Shown here: piece after piece, positions 62,031-64,000 of the stretch
Layout of the letters: each line of letters begins with the position of its first letter
Numbering within the stretch: position 1 is the stretch's first letter
NCBI GenBank assembly: GCA_951406725.2
Contig: OX597814.1
Span: 189,906,001-189,970,000 of the forward strand
From: Octopus vulgaris
Taxonomy: Eukaryota
Direction of reading: 5' to 3'
Length of the DNA stretch: 64,000 nt
Made by a program: the position numbers and the translations under genes
Notes under the pieces: model-generated
What the model was told of the DNA's origin: nothing
Databases searched by the model: none
The model's input: the letters and a program-made list of their open reading frames with translations, nothing else

Positions 62031-62606
62031 TTTCAAAGTACACCTTAGCGTCTAGAAAACAGAGGTACATTATGGATTAATGTAGCTGAGGTTATGCAAT
62101 GTTTGAGAAGAGTGAGCCGATAAATGAATTAAAATCATTTGATCACAAGTATGCTCAGTTAAGACGGGGCTGAAGTTAAACAACTATATCTATAGGAAAC
62201 ATTCTGGTTGTTTAATGGTCCATAAATACAAATCTTTGTATTTATGTCAACGAAACCCAAGAATGTAAATGAGATGCTGATTATAATTGCCATTAAGCTG
62301 TTTATTTATCAGTAATATATACCTTCTATTCAAATCAACGACGGAGGTTCTATATGGTCACTGAACCGATATGAAATAGCAGTCAAGCCTATGTTAGATT
62401 CTACCTTCATTGATTATTATTTAAATCTCTTCTCTCTAATTGGGAAAGAAGTCTTTGAAAATTCGATACCAGTCAGACCAGTCTTTAACAACTTTTTCTA
62501 CTTTCCCCCATGTAAGCTTCATTATTCTCAGCTCATCTTCAAATAATCTACGCTAATATTTTTTAATCGCCTTCCAGGTACCAGGTAGTTTCCGTCTTAA
62601 TACTAC

Positions 62607-63023
62607 CTATTTTTTACTACCCACAAGGGGCTAAACACAGAGAGGACAAACAAGGACAGACAAACGGATTAAGTCGATTATATCGACCCCAGTGCGTAAT
62701 TGGTACTTATTTAATCGACGCCGAAAGGATGAAAGGCAAAGTCGACCTCGGCGGAATTTGAACTCAGAACGTAGCGGCAGACGAAATACCTATTTCTTTA
62801 CTACCTACAAGGGGCTAAGCACAGAGAGTACAAACAAGGACAGACAAACGGATTAAGTCGATTATGTCGACCCCAGAGCGTAACTGGTACTTAATTTATC
62901 GACCCCGAAAAGATGAAAAGCAAAGTCGACCTCGGCGGAATTTGAACTCAGAACGTAGCGGCAGACGAAATACCGCTAAGCATTTCGCCCGGCGTACTAA
63001 CGTTTCTGCCAGCTCGCCGCCTT
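62607..63023 (-). mobile_element. SINE family A dimer (one head, two bodies)
   Basis: Same AAAGAAATAG-GTATTTCGTCTGCC junction (about 62780-62800) as in the trimer. Confidence 0.9.
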
Positions 63024-63736
63024 CCGTCTTAATACTACCTTTGATATACTGTCCATATCCAGTTCCGCGTCAGTAAACTAACCTGTTGAGCCGTCAGCAT
63101 TTATTGCATGCATGAACTATTGTAATGAGTGTCGCTATTAGTTCAGAAGATGCAGTAGATTTTCGTCAGATTCCCTAAGTGAAATTCATCGATCTTAGTC
63201 AGGCCTTCTTATAACTCTTGTTGTTAGCCCTTTTCCTCTTTCTAAACTAGACATATAGAACTTGTTGCACGGCAAACAAAATACCGTGCTGTATTTCATG
63301 TTGTGTTCAAACCTCACCGAGGGCGGCGTTGCTATGACAGATAACTCTCTTCCCTATAAGGGTGGTCACATTAAAACCATTCACTTAGTTATGAAAGCTA
63401 ATCCCTTCTCTGTACGTTTACTCTTATATCTATTTAGAATCATTCGTTTTCTTCTTTTTCTGTAATGCATTTCTCCTGTATTCTGAAACTTTACTTCATG
63501 TGAATCAGATGCATTCAATAGTGGTAGATCTAAACAGCTGCTTTGTTTAGCACCGAAACGTTGGATGGTTTTGTAAATATTAGAATCAAGTTTTTGTCAG
63601 TGGAAACATGATCATCTTTTCATCCTCCAACCAGTTTCCGAAGTACAGTAAAATTGTCGTGGAAACCGTCCTATTTCCTCATAACAAGAAACTGATTTCG
63701 TAAATCTTGGGCCCTTATGATCGATAAAAGCAATCC

Positions 63737-63783
<47 letters not shown>

Positions 63784-63833
63784 ATTATTGTTGTTGTTGT
63801 TGTTGTTGTTATTATTATTATCATCATCATTAA

Positions 63834-64000
63834 GGCGGCGAGCTGGGAGAATCGTTAGCACGCCAGATGTAATACTTAGCGGTATTTCGTCTGCTGCTAC
63901 GTTCTGAGTTCAAATTCCCCCGAGGATGACTTTTCCTTTCATCCTTTCTCGATCGATAAATTAAGTACCAGTTGAGTACTGGGTTCCATGTGATCGACTG
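63834..64000 (+). mobile_element. SINE family A, cut by the window end
   Basis: GGCGGCGAGCTGG.AGAATCGTTAGCACGCC...GAGTTCAAATTCC. Confidence 0.85.

Overview
AT-rich, microsatellite-saturated eukaryotic (animal) non-coding DNA. The tRNA-derived SINE families, the mollusc-type 5S sequence and the extreme (TA)n/(CA)n/(ATT)n/(GATA)n load suggest an octopus genome; this is inference, not a database result. I find no intact protein-coding gene, and nearly all listed ORFs are microsatellite or SINE artefacts. Recognisable items: four SINE families, mariner and maT/Tc1-like relics, a non-autonomous Helitron, a Helentron/HINE-like element carrying a gypsy integrase scrap, L1/Tx1 relics, Penelope-like (PLE) RT and GIY-YIG relics, an RPS2 retro-fragment, a tRNA-His-like copy and a 5S rRNA-like copy. 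The main hidden signal is about 18 type I hammerhead ribozyme (HHR) motifs, some degenerate, read by eye on both strands and belonging to about 10 unrelated sequence families. Most lie in short non-coding PLE pseudo-LTR-like units, often as long inverted pairs whose 3' ends abut (TA)n. They include C3-G8, U3-A8 and G3-C8 cores, a recurrent A6U core, very long stem II forms, and a 486-bp tandem array with one HHR per unit that resembles a retrozyme or circular-RNA generator.
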